Origin: an uncultured Alphaproteobacteria bacterium | GTDB lineage: Bacteria > Pseudomonadota > Alphaproteobacteria > UBA3830 > CAYLKK01 | Direction of reading: 5' to 3' | Length of the DNA: 64,000 nt | Assembly (NCBI GenBank): GCA_964566185.1 | Contig: CAZMHS010000001.1 | Coordinates: forward strand, 13,662 to 77,661 | Part shown: piece after piece, positions 1-8,560 of the stretch | Layout of the letters: each line of letters starts with the position of its first letter | How positions within the stretch are numbered: the stretch's first letter is position 1 | Position numbers and translations under genes: made by a program | The notes under the pieces: generated by a model | Databases searched by the model: none | Told to the model about the DNA's origin: nothing | What the model saw: only the letters and a program-made list of their open reading frames with translations

Positions 1-579
1 TTAGATCCTGCTGATATTACGGATCATTTTATTGATGTTTTTTGCTCAATTCCAGAGATTATGCCACATCTGCATTTGAGCATACAATCAGGTGATAATT
101 TGATTTTGAAAAGAATGCGACGCAGACATTGTCGGGAAGATATAATAAAAATATCAAATGAAGTTATGTCTCGTAGAGAAGATACGATATTCGGTGCTGA
201 TTTTATCACAGGGTTTCCTACTGAAACAGAACAAATGTATGAGAATACCAAAAAATTGATTTTCGAAGCGAATATTATTTTAACTCACATATTTCCATAC
301 TCTGAACGTCTCGGAACACCTGCAGCCCTTATGCCACAGGTCGATAAGTCTGTTAGAAAAGCAAGAGCTAGAAATTTAAGAGAAGCTTCTGATAGCATAT
401 TAGATATGAAACTAAAATCGTTAGTTGGTTCGAGGATCGATATTCTAGCCGAAAGTGGTACAACAGGGAAGACGAATAGTTTTATACAAGCTGTTAGTGC
501 ATTTCAAATGAGCATTGGGGAGGTATACAATGTTTCTGTGCTCTCGACTGAAAATGGTGTTTTAAGAGTTGGTGTCTAA
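1..579 (+). CDS. mtaB: radical-SAM tRNA methylthiotransferase (MtaB/MiaB family), C-terminal fragment; 5' end lies outside the window
   Basis: The frame is open from base 1 (LDPADITDHFIDVFCSIPEIMPHLHLSIQSGDNLILKRMRRRH...). The HL.IQSG..ILKRM.R block, FPYSER.GTPA and a C-terminal TRAM-like segment are typical of MiaB/MtaB enzymes. It lies directly upstream of ftsY, as in the common alphaproteobacterial mtaB-ftsY arrangement. Confidence 0.7.
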   Translation, partial: LDPADITDHFIDVFCSIPEIMPHLHLSIQSGDNLILKRMRRRHCREDIIKISNEVMSRREDTIFGADFITGFPTETEQMYENTKKLIFEANIILTHIFPYSERLGTPAALMPQVDKSVRKARARNLREASDSILDMKLKSLVGSRIDILAESGTTGKTNSFIQAVSAFQMSIGEVYNVSVLSTENGVLRVGV

Positions 580-580
580 T

Positions 581-1456
581 ATGTTGTCGAAAATAAAGAG
601 TATTTTAAAAAAAACAACGCGGGCTGTAACAACAGCGCTGAATTTTAAAAAAATTAATATATCAGAACTTGAGCAGCTAGAGGAAGAACTGATCAAAGCT
701 GACTTTGGAGTAGAAATGACGTCAGAGCTATTATCAGTTACGAAAACAGCAAAACCTAGCGATATAGGTTCGTTTGTAAAGAATTATGTGCGAGATATAT
801 TGCTCGCTGCTGAGTCTAATTTGTTGACGCATGAACAGAATATAAAACCATTTGTTATTTTTGTCGTCGGGGTAAATGGTAACGGAAAAACGACTACTGT
901 AGCAAAACTTGCTAACTATTTTCATAAAAATGGGAAAAAAGTTAGAATTGCTGCTTGCGATACTTTCCGTGCTGCAGCTGTCGATCAATTACGAGTTTGG
1001 GCAAACAGAATTGGTTGCGAAATTACAACTGGAAAGGAAAATGGCGATCCGTCAGGCGTGGCGTATGCAGCATATAAAGATGCAGAATTTTTTGAGAATG
1101 ATATTCTGATAATTGATACTGCTGGGCGTTTACATACTAGAACAGATTTGATGGATGAGTTGCAAAAAATAAAACGTGTCATTCAGAAATTGAATAATTC
1201 AGTTTCACATGAAACGGTTATAGTTTTAGACGGGACAACAGGACAAAGTGCTTTTTCGCAAATACAGTCATTCAAAAACAGTATTGATATCAACAGCGTA
1301 ATTGTGACAAAACTAGATAGTACATCGAAGGGTGGAGCTGTCGTCGGTTTGGTTAAACAATATGGCGTGGCTATTTCGGCTATATGTTTTGGTGAAGGTG
1401 TTGACGATATACAGGCATTTTCAGCAAATGATTATGTTGAGTCTATTTTTAATTAA
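581..1456 (+). CDS. ftsY: signal recognition particle receptor FtsY
   Basis: SRP-GTPase motifs are present: GVNGNGKTTTVAKLA (G1), DTAGRLH (G3) and TKLD (G4). I prefer the ATG at 581 over the TTG at 569, which overlaps the mtaB stop. Confidence 0.95.
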   Translation: MLSKIKSILKKTTRAVTTALNFKKINISELEQLEEELIKADFGVEMTSELLSVTKTAKPSDIGSFVKNYVRDILLAAESNLLTHEQNIKPFVIFVVGVNGNGKTTTVAKLANYFHKNGKKVRIAACDTFRAAAVDQLRVWANRIGCEITTGKENGDPSGVAYAAYKDAEFFENDILIIDTAGRLHTRTDLMDELQKIKRVIQKLNNSVSHETVIVLDGTTGQSAFSQIQSFKNSIDINSVIVTKLDSTSKGGAVVGLVKQYGVAISAICFGEGVDDIQAFSANDYVESIFN

Positions 1457-1468
1457 AGGAAACAGAAG

Positions 1469-3133
1469 ATGAATTCAGAAATGCGTAATTTTATATTATT
1501 TATAATTTTTTCTTGTGTTATCGTTTTTGGATATGATAAGTTTTTCGGCAGTAGTGAGTTACCGCAAAATGTTGAAATTAAGCAAGATGTTGTATTAACC
1601 AATCCGGAGCAGGTAGTATTTGAAAGTAATGTAGATAAGCCGTTAAAGAATGATGCCCCTGTAATAGACGTCGCAATACGGTCAAAAAATCTTAGTGGCG
1701 TGATATCTTCGAAGGGGACGTGCTTTAATAATATAGTGCTAAACCAATATATGATAGCACATGATAAAAATGACGCGGTAAGGCTTCTTAGCGATAAACG
1801 AGATGATTTGTATTCTGTCGAATTCGAATGGCTTACGAATAGTAATATTTCTTTACCAACAAAAGATACTGTATGGACAGTAGGGGAGAATAAAGTTTTA
1901 ACGCCTGAAACACCGGTTTCTTTTTCTTATACAAACAGTGAGAATATAAAATTCGAAAAAATGTATTCTATTGATAATGATTTCGTTATAACTGTAACGC
2001 AAAAAGTTACAAATGGGAATGGGATTCCTGTTTCTATTAAACCGTATTCTAGAATAACAAGGGCTGTTACATCAGGAGCTGGATCTTTAGCAACGGCATA
2101 TGAAGGTCCTATAGGTTTATTTAATGGAAAAGTCGAAGAAGTTGAGTACAGCAAAATAGATGATAAAAGAAATATTTCGTATTCGTCTACAGGTGGTTGG
2201 GTTGGTATTTCTGATAAATACTGGTTCGTATCGTTCATTCCTGCACAGAATGAGTCCATAAATACGAGATTTTATAAAATTGGAAATAATTATGTCATAG
2301 ATGCATACATGAATGATACGACTTTGCAGCCAAATGAATCTGTGTCAACAACACGACATTTATTCGTCGGAGCTAAAGATGTAAATATTTTAGATATGTA
2401 CGAAAAAAAGTTACAGGTTAGCAAATTTGATTTATCTATAGATTTTGGTTATCTATACTTTTTAACAAAACCGCTTTTGTATATTTTATCATTCATGCAT
2501 ACATACATTGAAAATCTTGGGCTATGTATTTTGTTGCTAACTGTGGCGTTGAAATTATTGTTGTTTCCGTTAGCTAATAAATCTTACCGCTCAATGAATA
2601 GAATGAAGGATGTTCAACCAAAAATTAAGGCGTTACAAGATGTGTATGCTAACGATCGTATAAAAATGGGACAAGAACTTTCTAAGTTGTATAAGAAAGA
2701 AAAGATAGATCCAGCCGGTGGTTGTTTACCTATGTTACTGCAAATGCCGATTTTGTTTGCTTTATATAAGGTATTGTATATATCAATCGATATGAGGTTA
2801 GCGCCATTTTACGGATGGATTCATGACTTGTCTGCTCCAGATCCTATGTATTTGTTTAATCTTTTTGGATTGATTCCAATAGAGCTTCCTGGATTTTTGC
2901 AAATTGGTATTTGGCCGATAATTATGGGTTTAACGATGTGGATTCAACAAAAAATGTCACCTCAGGTTGGGGATCCTGCTCAGGCAAAGATGATGTCGGT
3001 TGTAATGCCTGTTATGTTCTCTTGGATGTTTGCTGGATTACCTGCCGGATTGGTTATATATTGGGCATGGAGTAACGTATTAGGAATGCTTCAACAATAT
3101 GTAATTAAAAAACTTGATACAGCGAAACATTAG
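1469..3133 (+). CDS. yidC: membrane protein insertase YidC
   Basis: It has an N-terminal TM, a large periplasmic domain, then the conserved insertase core (LLLTVALKLLLFPLANKSYRSMNRMKDVQPKIKALQ, GCLPMLLQMPILFALY). Confidence 0.95.
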   Translation: MNSEMRNFILFIIFSCVIVFGYDKFFGSSELPQNVEIKQDVVLTNPEQVVFESNVDKPLKNDAPVIDVAIRSKNLSGVISSKGTCFNNIVLNQYMIAHDKNDAVRLLSDKRDDLYSVEFEWLTNSNISLPTKDTVWTVGENKVLTPETPVSFSYTNSENIKFEKMYSIDNDFVITVTQKVTNGNGIPVSIKPYSRITRAVTSGAGSLATAYEGPIGLFNGKVEEVEYSKIDDKRNISYSSTGGWVGISDKYWFVSFIPAQNESINTRFYKIGNNYVIDAYMNDTTLQPNESVSTTRHLFVGAKDVNILDMYEKKLQVSKFDLSIDFGYLYFLTKPLLYILSFMHTYIENLGLCILLLTVALKLLLFPLANKSYRSMNRMKDVQPKIKALQDVYANDRIKMGQELSKLYKKEKIDPAGGCLPMLLQMPILFALYKVLYISIDMRLAPFYGWIHDLSAPDPMYLFNLFGLIPIELPGFLQIGIWPIIMGLTMWIQQKMSPQVGDPAQAKMMSVVMPVMFSWMFAGLPAGLVIYWAWSNVLGMLQQYVIKKLDTAKH

Positions 3134-3694
3134 ATGCGTAGACATAATTGCCAATTTCTCGCTGGAGCTCAAAATGCCTCGCAGTTTCCTAGATTCGATC
3201 GTTATGTCCCTGAATTTGCGTTTGTAGGGCGATCGAATGTAGGGAAATCAACCCTCATAAATTCTCTTACAGGAATTAAAAATTTAGCTAGAGTTTCAAA
3301 AACACCTGGGAGAACGCAGCAGATAAACTTTTTCTCAGTTGATGAGAAGTTAATATTAGTTGATTTGCCAGGTTATGGATATGCTACAGTTTCAAGACAG
3401 CTACGGAAATCATGGGATTCTGTTATATATAGTTATTTGTGTGAGAGATCTCAATTGCGATGTGTCTTTATGTTGATTGATGCACGTCGTGGCGTGATGG
3501 ATAGTGATATTTCTGTATTACAGCTTCTAAATAAACACGCTATACCATGCCAAGTTGTTCTAACAAAATGCGATACAGTCAACGATATCGACGCAGCAGT
3601 GTCTGCTGTTAAACTCAAAATATCTTCTGTCGGTTGCTTAGTATATCGCATTATGTCTAGTATTTCGATTAAGGACATTTTGCAAAATTTATAA
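3134..3694 (+). CDS. engB: ribosome biogenesis GTP-binding protein EngB/YihA
   Basis: GTPase motifs are GRSNVGKSTLINSL (G1), DLPGYGYA (G3) and TKCD (G4). It lies immediately downstream of yidC, as in many proteobacteria. Confidence 0.9.
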   Translation: MRRHNCQFLAGAQNASQFPRFDRYVPEFAFVGRSNVGKSTLINSLTGIKNLARVSKTPGRTQQINFFSVDEKLILVDLPGYGYATVSRQLRKSWDSVIYSYLCERSQLRCVFMLIDARRGVMDSDISVLQLLNKHAIPCQVVLTKCDTVNDIDAAVSAVKLKISSVGCLVYRIMSSISIKDILQNL

Positions 3695-3777
3695 TTTTCA
3701 TGATTTTTTAAAAAAAAGATCGAGAAATATCTAAAATTTTATATATTCAGGCTTGTTTAGTAGTGTAAACGGGGCTG

Positions 3778-3789
3778 ATTGTATACAAT
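3778..3789. promoter_or_regulatory. 12-bp perfect palindrome ATTGTATACAAT in the conserved leader (candidate operator)
   Basis: ATTGTA/TACAAT is a perfect dyad. It is identical in the second copy (39967-39978) even though SNPs occur on both sides. Confidence 0.3.
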
Positions 3790-4111
3790 TTTAACTAATT
3801 TTTTATCGCATTTTCAGGCGTTATGTCGATTTTTGGTACTATTTTCGTAAAATTTTCTTTACAATATGCTTTTTCAGTGAGAAAATGCCCATTGAATATT
3901 AGAGGGCGAGAATCTATATCGAATGGATGTTGGCGCTCCGTTGCGGTATGGGCATTTAGCACACGATTGTTACTTGTTGCGAGCCAGCCAATACAGGGCT
4001 GATGTCAAAGTTGTTGATCGGATTATTAACATATGTAAGGAGAATTATAAGACATATAAATGATATTTTAATACTTATACAGTAATATGCTCTTATCGTT
4101 TCGAGGAGATT

Positions 4112-4900
4112 ATGGTGAGAGCATTTATGATTTTACTATGCCTGCAGCTAAATGCTGAGTTACATGCAATGAGGCAAATTGCCAAATCTCATGAATTTAC
4201 GTTTTCATCAGAAACTATGCATATTAGGCCAGAAGATAGAAAGCTTGTTTTCGATGCATACCGTGATATTAAAACTCAAATAATGGCAGAGCACAATTGT
4301 ACGGAATCTGAAATATCTAGATGGTGTACCGATAAGGACTGTGATATTCCGTACATATTATTAAAAGATAAGTATGAAAAAGAAGTACCTTTAGTACGGT
4401 TCTGGCATGCTCTATCTGGATTAACGTTTAGTGCATGTGCGCTTGCAAGACCTACATTTGAAGCGCGAGTTGCAAAATGCATGTCGATTCCATACGTTCG
4501 AGAATCGCAGACAGGCCTTGCTGTCGAGGCATTAGTCAAGCGGTTGGAAAACGCATTACATGATCAGGAAAAGCCAAAAATAAAAAAATGGTCGCATAAG
4601 AATATATCTGCAACTAAGCCTTTTGATTTTTCTATTTTAGATGCGTTTCAACCTGACGATCTTGAAAATGTCGCTTTGATGAACAGAGAATGGCGTGATC
4701 ATCACGAAGATCCTGAGTACGATCACGGCGCTGCAAAATACTGGTTCGCTGATTTAGACGGCGATCTTGAACGTGCTTTAAAAAATGCAAAATCGAAATT
4801 AGTATACATCGGACAAATGTATAATCATTCGATGCAGCAACATCGTGCTTGGCAGATTTTATACGATTGGAGAGAGTATTTCTCTGGAAGTTATGAATGA
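4112..4900 (+). CDS. hypothetical protein, paralogue A of an unrecognised family (262 aa)
   Basis: A strong SD (GAGGAG) lies 5 nt upstream of the ATG. The ORF is conserved as a paralogue at 40301-41059, with synonymous-biased differences in the conserved C-terminal blocks. I recognised no known domain motif. Confidence 0.75.
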   Translation: MVRAFMILLCLQLNAELHAMRQIAKSHEFTFSSETMHIRPEDRKLVFDAYRDIKTQIMAEHNCTESEISRWCTDKDCDIPYILLKDKYEKEVPLVRFWHALSGLTFSACALARPTFEARVAKCMSIPYVRESQTGLAVEALVKRLENALHDQEKPKIKKWSHKNISATKPFDFSILDAFQPDDLENVALMNREWRDHHEDPEYDHGAAKYWFADLDGDLERALKNAKSKLVYIGQMYNHSMQQHRAWQILYDWREYFSGSYE

Positions 4901-5167
4901 GAGTCATATGTTTTGTAAGTGGTTTTAAAGTTGATGGATTAAATAAAATTATTGTGTTTTCTTCCTGTTGCATATAGAATTGGAAAAGGACGGCGTTCTG
5001 ATTCGCTAGGTTATTTACCTAGAGACCTGTTTTTATTATAGGGAACTGTCTCTGACATGGTCGTGGCCATGTTATATGGTGCCCACCTTGGATTTTTGGT
5101 CGTCTAAGGAATCTAAACTAAACGGTTAGGAGGCTGTCTTTACTTTTTGTGTTATTTTTATTTGCTT

Positions 5168-5986
5168 ATGAATGTTTTTGCTGTTGGTGATGTTGCCGCG
5201 AAATCAGGACGTCGTGCTCTAAAGACGTATTTGCCTTCTATCGTTGCGAAATATCATGTTGATGTTGTCATCGCAAACGTTGATAATGCCGCACATGGAA
5301 TTGGTATTACTTCAGATACATTTCAAGAAATAATTGCTTGTGGCGTTGATGTTTGTACCGGTGGAAATCATATTTTTAACAAAATAGAAATTTTGAATAT
5401 CATTGATCATACAAATAAATTATTGCGTCCTTATAATTATAGTAGGAATACTCCTGGGCGTGGAATTGTTAGGTTTCGTAAGAATAATTCTGATATACTC
5501 GTAGTACATCTTGCGGGCCAAAGGCACATGCATGAAAGCGCTGATAGTCCGTTTATGGCTATTGATGATATTTTAAGCGAATATAAGTTAGGAAAAAATA
5601 TCGATTTTATATTAGTTGATTTCCACGCAGAAACTACGTCAGAAAAGGTCGCATTTGGTCACTACGTCGATGGTAGAGTTTCTTTTATTTTTGGGACTCA
5701 TACACACGTTCCGACAGCCGATCTTAAAATATTGCCGAATGGAACAGCATATATTACAGATCTTGGCATGACTGGTGATTATGATAGTGTCATAAGTATG
5801 GAAAAATCATCTGCTATAGGCACTTTCATATCGCAGGGGAATATGAATAGATTGAAATCCGCTGATGGAGAGGGGTCTTTATGTGGCGCTATCGTGAGCT
5901 TAAATGATTGTGGATTAGCTAAGTCTGTTCAGCAAATTCGCATTGGTGGCGATAATAATTGGTGTACTACGAAAGAATTGTGTTGA
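5168..5986 (+). CDS. ymdB: YmdB-like metallophosphoesterase (TIGR00282 family, 2',3'-cyclic-nucleotide phosphodiesterase-like)
   Basis: MNVFAVGDVAAKSGRRALKTYLP...VVIANVDNAAHGIGIT...GGNH...DFHAETTSEK...GTHTHVPTAD...ITDLGMTG is collinear with B. subtilis YmdB. I chose the ATG at 5168 because family members start M..L.IGD; the track ORF starts at TTG 5147. Confidence 0.85.
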   Translation: MNVFAVGDVAAKSGRRALKTYLPSIVAKYHVDVVIANVDNAAHGIGITSDTFQEIIACGVDVCTGGNHIFNKIEILNIIDHTNKLLRPYNYSRNTPGRGIVRFRKNNSDILVVHLAGQRHMHESADSPFMAIDDILSEYKLGKNIDFILVDFHAETTSEKVAFGHYVDGRVSFIFGTHTHVPTADLKILPNGTAYITDLGMTGDYDSVISMEKSSAIGTFISQGNMNRLKSADGEGSLCGAIVSLNDCGLAKSVQQIRIGGDNNWCTTKELC

Positions 5987-6043
5987 AATAATCTGTCAAC
6001 GTATTAGAATCTAGGTTATCTATTTGTTTTGTAAAGGTGTGAT

Positions 6044-6799
6044 ATGGCTGGACATTCTCAATTCAAGAATATTATGTACAGAAAAGGTGCGCAAGATGCG
6101 AAAAGGGCAAAGGTTTTTTCTAAATTATCTAGAGAAATAACTGTTGCTGTTAAGGCTGGCGGCGCTATCGTTGAAAGTAACCCGCGCCTTAAGTTAGCGC
6201 TTATTAATGCTAGGGCTGAAAATATGCCTAAAGATAACGTTGATAGGGCAATTAAAAAAGCTCTTGGAAACGAAGCTGGTAACGACTTTTTTGAAGTTCG
6301 GTATGAAGGTTATGGACCTGGTGGCGTTGCTATAATTGTTGAGGCCTTAACTGATAATAAGAATAGAACAGCTCCTGAGGTTCGTGCCGCATTTACTAAG
6401 TTTGGCGGTAGTTTAGGTGAAAGCGGTAGTGTTAGTTTTCAATTTTCTCATGTCGGATATATAGAATATGGTAAGGAAATAGCAGACGAAGAAGAGTTTT
6501 GGACGTCTGCAGTTGATGCTGGTGCTGATGATGTTGATGCATCTGAAGACGACGTTTTTGTTGTTATATGTGCAATAAGTGCGTTCGGCAATGTTCGTAA
6601 CGTATTAAGTTCAAAATATGGAGATCCAAAATCAGCTAAGGTGATATGGAAACCGCTAAATACAGTCTCTGTTGGCGAAGATTCTGCTCGCACATTATTT
6701 AAGCTTCTTGATACTCTCGAGGATAATGATGATGTACAGTCTGTAACGGCAAATTACGACATTTCTGATGAGCTGATGAAAAAGATGCAGGAAGGATAG
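6044..6799 (+). CDS. yebC: YebC/PmpR family DNA-binding transcriptional regulator
   Basis: MAGHSQFKNIMYRKGAQDAKRAKVFSKLSREITVAVK is the hallmark YebC N-terminus. It lies upstream of ruvC, as is usual. Confidence 0.95.
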   Translation: MAGHSQFKNIMYRKGAQDAKRAKVFSKLSREITVAVKAGGAIVESNPRLKLALINARAENMPKDNVDRAIKKALGNEAGNDFFEVRYEGYGPGGVAIIVEALTDNKNRTAPEVRAAFTKFGGSLGESGSVSFQFSHVGYIEYGKEIADEEEFWTSAVDAGADDVDASEDDVFVVICAISAFGNVRNVLSSKYGDPKSAKVIWKPLNTVSVGEDSARTLFKLLDTLEDNDDVQSVTANYDISDELMKKMQEG

Positions 6800-6805
6800 C
6801 GTTTG

Positions 6806-7288
6806 ATGCGTGTGTTGGGTGTTGATCCAGGTCTTACTCACACTGGTATTGGTGTAATCGAAAGAGTTGGTGTAAAACTGTTTAAAGTGCATCATAGAGT
6901 GATATCTTCTACATCTGATTTGGCAATGTCACATCGACTTGCGAAAATTCATGATGGTTTATCTTCTGTTATATCTGAATTTAAACCGAATAGCGTTGCG
7001 ATAGAGAGCGTTTTTGTAAACAGTAATCCGCGTGCATCACTTGTATTAGGAATGGCTCGTGGTGTTGCAATTTGTGCATCAGCACTGCATGGACTGGATG
7101 TTTGCGAATATAGTCCAAATTTAGTAAAAAAAACGATCGTAGGTAATGGTCATGCGGATAAGAGTCAGGTGGCAAAAATGGTGCAACTACTACTTGGATG
7201 CGAAGTAGTAAAAGATGACGCTGCAGACGCTTTAGCTATAGCAATTTGTCATACACATCATATCGGAACACTTCGTGGATATAAGTAA
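6806..7288 (+). CDS. ruvC: crossover junction endodeoxyribonuclease RuvC
   Basis: MRVLGVDPGLTHTGIGVIE carries the catalytic Asp motif. The C-terminal DAADALAIAICH is also present. Confidence 0.95.
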   Translation: MRVLGVDPGLTHTGIGVIERVGVKLFKVHHRVISSTSDLAMSHRLAKIHDGLSSVISEFKPNSVAIESVFVNSNPRASLVLGMARGVAICASALHGLDVCEYSPNLVKKTIVGNGHADKSQVAKMVQLLLGCEVVKDDAADALAIAICHTHHIGTLRGYK

Positions 7289-8063
7289 TAAAAAGGCGCA
7301 TAGATTGTTTGTCGCTCATATTTTGGGTATCAGCTACGAACAGGTTTTTTTCTCGCATGATTCCATCGTTCTATCGGATCAAGATTCGGCTGTATTAAAC
7401 AAATATATGGATGATTTCTATTCTGGCAAGCCAATTAGCAAGATAATCAATAAGCGGTCATTTTGGCTTGATGATTTTTACGTAGACGAAAATGTATTAG
7501 ATCCTCGCCAAGATAGTGAATGTTTGATTGATGCAATCATCACTGTTGTCGATAAATTTGATAATCTAAAAATTTTGGATATAGGTACAGGTAGTGGGTG
7601 TTTGATAATATCTATTCTGAAAGAGTTGGAGAACGCACATGGTGTTGCTACGGATATAAGCTTAGATGCGCTCAATGTCGCCAAAAAAAATGCTGAAAGC
7701 ATAATTGGGCTTGATCGCATCAAGTTTATTCACAGTAATTTTACTGACTCGATAAATGAAAAGTTTGATATTATAATCAGTAACCCTCCATATATAAGAA
7801 CGAAAGATATTAAGTTTCTTGATATTTCTGTTCGGGATTACGATCCAATAATTGCTTTAGATGGCGGTTCTGATGGTTTAGACGCCTACCGGGTCATATC
7901 TAAGCAAGCGGTTGATTTACTCGAAAAAAATGGTAAAATCTTTGTTGAAATTGGTCTTGGACAACATGAAGAAGTGTGTGAAATATTTCGTTATTTTACA
8001 CATAAAATGACATTTAAAGACATAAATGGCGTAAACCGTGTGCTTTTTTTTGAAAAAAAATAA
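7275..8063 (+). CDS. prmC: peptide chain release factor N5-glutamine methyltransferase PrmC/HemK
   Basis: The SAM-binding motif ILDIGTGSGCL and the catalytic NPPY motif (IISNPPYI) are present. The GTG start overlaps the ruvC end. Confidence 0.9.
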   Translation: MDISNKKAHRLFVAHILGISYEQVFFSHDSIVLSDQDSAVLNKYMDDFYSGKPISKIINKRSFWLDDFYVDENVLDPRQDSECLIDAIITVVDKFDNLKILDIGTGSGCLIISILKELENAHGVATDISLDALNVAKKNAESIIGLDRIKFIHSNFTDSINEKFDIIISNPPYIRTKDIKFLDISVRDYDPIIALDGGSDGLDAYRVISKQAVDLLEKNGKIFVEIGLGQHEEVCEIFRYFTHKMTFKDINGVNRVLFFEKK

Positions 8064-8188
8064 CAATCGTCGATGTTTGAGTGTTTTTTTGTTTGCAAGA
8101 ACGATTGTTATTATGCTATATAGGTAGTTGTCTTGTCGCATCTGTTATTGTGTTTCAGATGTGCGTATTTTTTGGGAGAAGATGGATA

Positions 8189-8458
8189 ATGAATAAGTCT
8201 AATTTGGTCGATGAAATTTCTAATATGAGCGGCTTGACAAAGGCTGATTCTGAAAGAGCTTTGAATGCTTTATTGAATGTGACGATAGAGGCGCTTAAGG
8301 CCGGTGACGAGGTCGCGATAGTTGGTTTCGGGAGTTTTTGCATTAAGGAAACTGCAGCTAGAAACGGGAGAGATTTTAAGACTGGTAAAGTGATTACAAT
8401 CCCTGCAAGAAAGTCTGTTAAATTCAAGCCGGGTAAGAACTTGAAAATTGTTGATTAG
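8189..8458 (+). CDS. hupB: DNA-binding protein HU
   Basis: MNKSNLVDEIS...SERALNALL..I.EALKAGDEVAIVGFGSF...AARNGRDFKTGKVI.IPARK.VKFKPGK.L is a 90-aa HU/IHF fold. GGGAGAAG lies upstream of ATG 8189. The 36 extra N-terminal codons in the track ORF are not HU-like. Confidence 0.9.
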   Translation: MNKSNLVDEISNMSGLTKADSERALNALLNVTIEALKAGDEVAIVGFGSFCIKETAARNGRDFKTGKVITIPARKSVKFKPGKNLKIVD

Positions 8459-8482
8459 TTAAATTGTTTTGTGATTTTCTTT

Positions 8483-8503
8483 GGCGGGATTCTCTCGCCT
8501 TTT
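8483..8503 (+). terminator. putative intrinsic terminator after the HU gene
   Basis: The stem GGCGG/TCGCC (one G-T pair) has a 7-nt loop and is followed by TTTTAATCTTTTT. It lies 25 nt after the HU stop and inside the doubtful N-terminal extension of the next ORF. Confidence 0.4.
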
Positions 8504-8560
8504 AATCTTTTTGTAACATTTTTATCGTACACTGGTGTGGTTAGACTGTGGAGTTGCGCC

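Larger units (their letters stand above)
3712..4900 (+). repeat. copy A of a two-copy ~1.2-kb module (conserved ORF-free leader plus unknown CDS); partner at 39901-41059
   Basis: I aligned the copies directly by eye at a constant offset of 36189 nt. There are scattered SNPs in 3712-3934, then perfect identity over 3935-4497 (= 40124-40686). The 3' part is diverged or unalignable with conserved islands up to the stop codon. Confidence 0.9.

Noticed and set aside
3771-3940. GGGGCTGATT at 3771-3780 resembles the conserved 5' end of tmRNA (ssrA). AGCTCC/GCGCTCC near 3935 faintly resembles the 3' acceptor strand.
   Set aside because: There is no GGATTCGAC-type follow-on and no T-arm (no 5-bp stem around a TTCGAAT-like loop). 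There is no tag ORF with a resume codon and no CCA context. The span is far too short. The element is also present twice, which is not expected for ssrA.
3823-4002. A 59-aa ORF (MSIFGTIFVKFSLQYAFSVRKCPLNIRGRESISNGCWRSVAVWAFSTRLLLVASQPIQG) lies inside the conserved leader, just below the 60-aa track cutoff, and is present in both copies.
   Set aside because: It has no SD. Of the five substitutions between the copies inside it, four are non-synonymous (V9I, E30K, I32L, R38S) and one is synonymous. The composition looks like translated non-coding DNA. It is more likely a by-product of a conserved RNA or regulatory region.
4980-5146. I considered whether the hairpin-rich spacer is SRP RNA, 6S RNA, the acceptor piece of a two-piece tmRNA, or a tRNA.
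   Set aside because: It has no SRP domain IV motif (GGAA...AGCA context). It has no cloverleaf or T-loop, and no recognisable 6S central bubble. I kept it only as an unclassified structured region in the findings.
5147-5167. N-terminal extensions proposed by the ORF track: 5147 for ymdB, 8081 for HU, 8471 for the kinase-like gene, 41156 for Rpn, 42296 for rpmB and 37649 for the LRR gene.
   Set aside because: The extensions are not homologous to the respective families. Internal ATGs have better SD spacing. In two cases a terminator (8483-8503) or a promoter -10 element (41159-41167) lies inside the extension.
8062-8109. A 9-bp inverted repeat AACAATCGT / ACGATTGTT with a 30-nt spacer lies between prmC and the HU gene. 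It overlaps a possible TTGCAA-N18-TATATA promoter.
   Set aside because: The loop is too long for a canonical terminator. The promoter match is weak for AT-rich DNA. I noted it but did not consider it strong enough to annotate.
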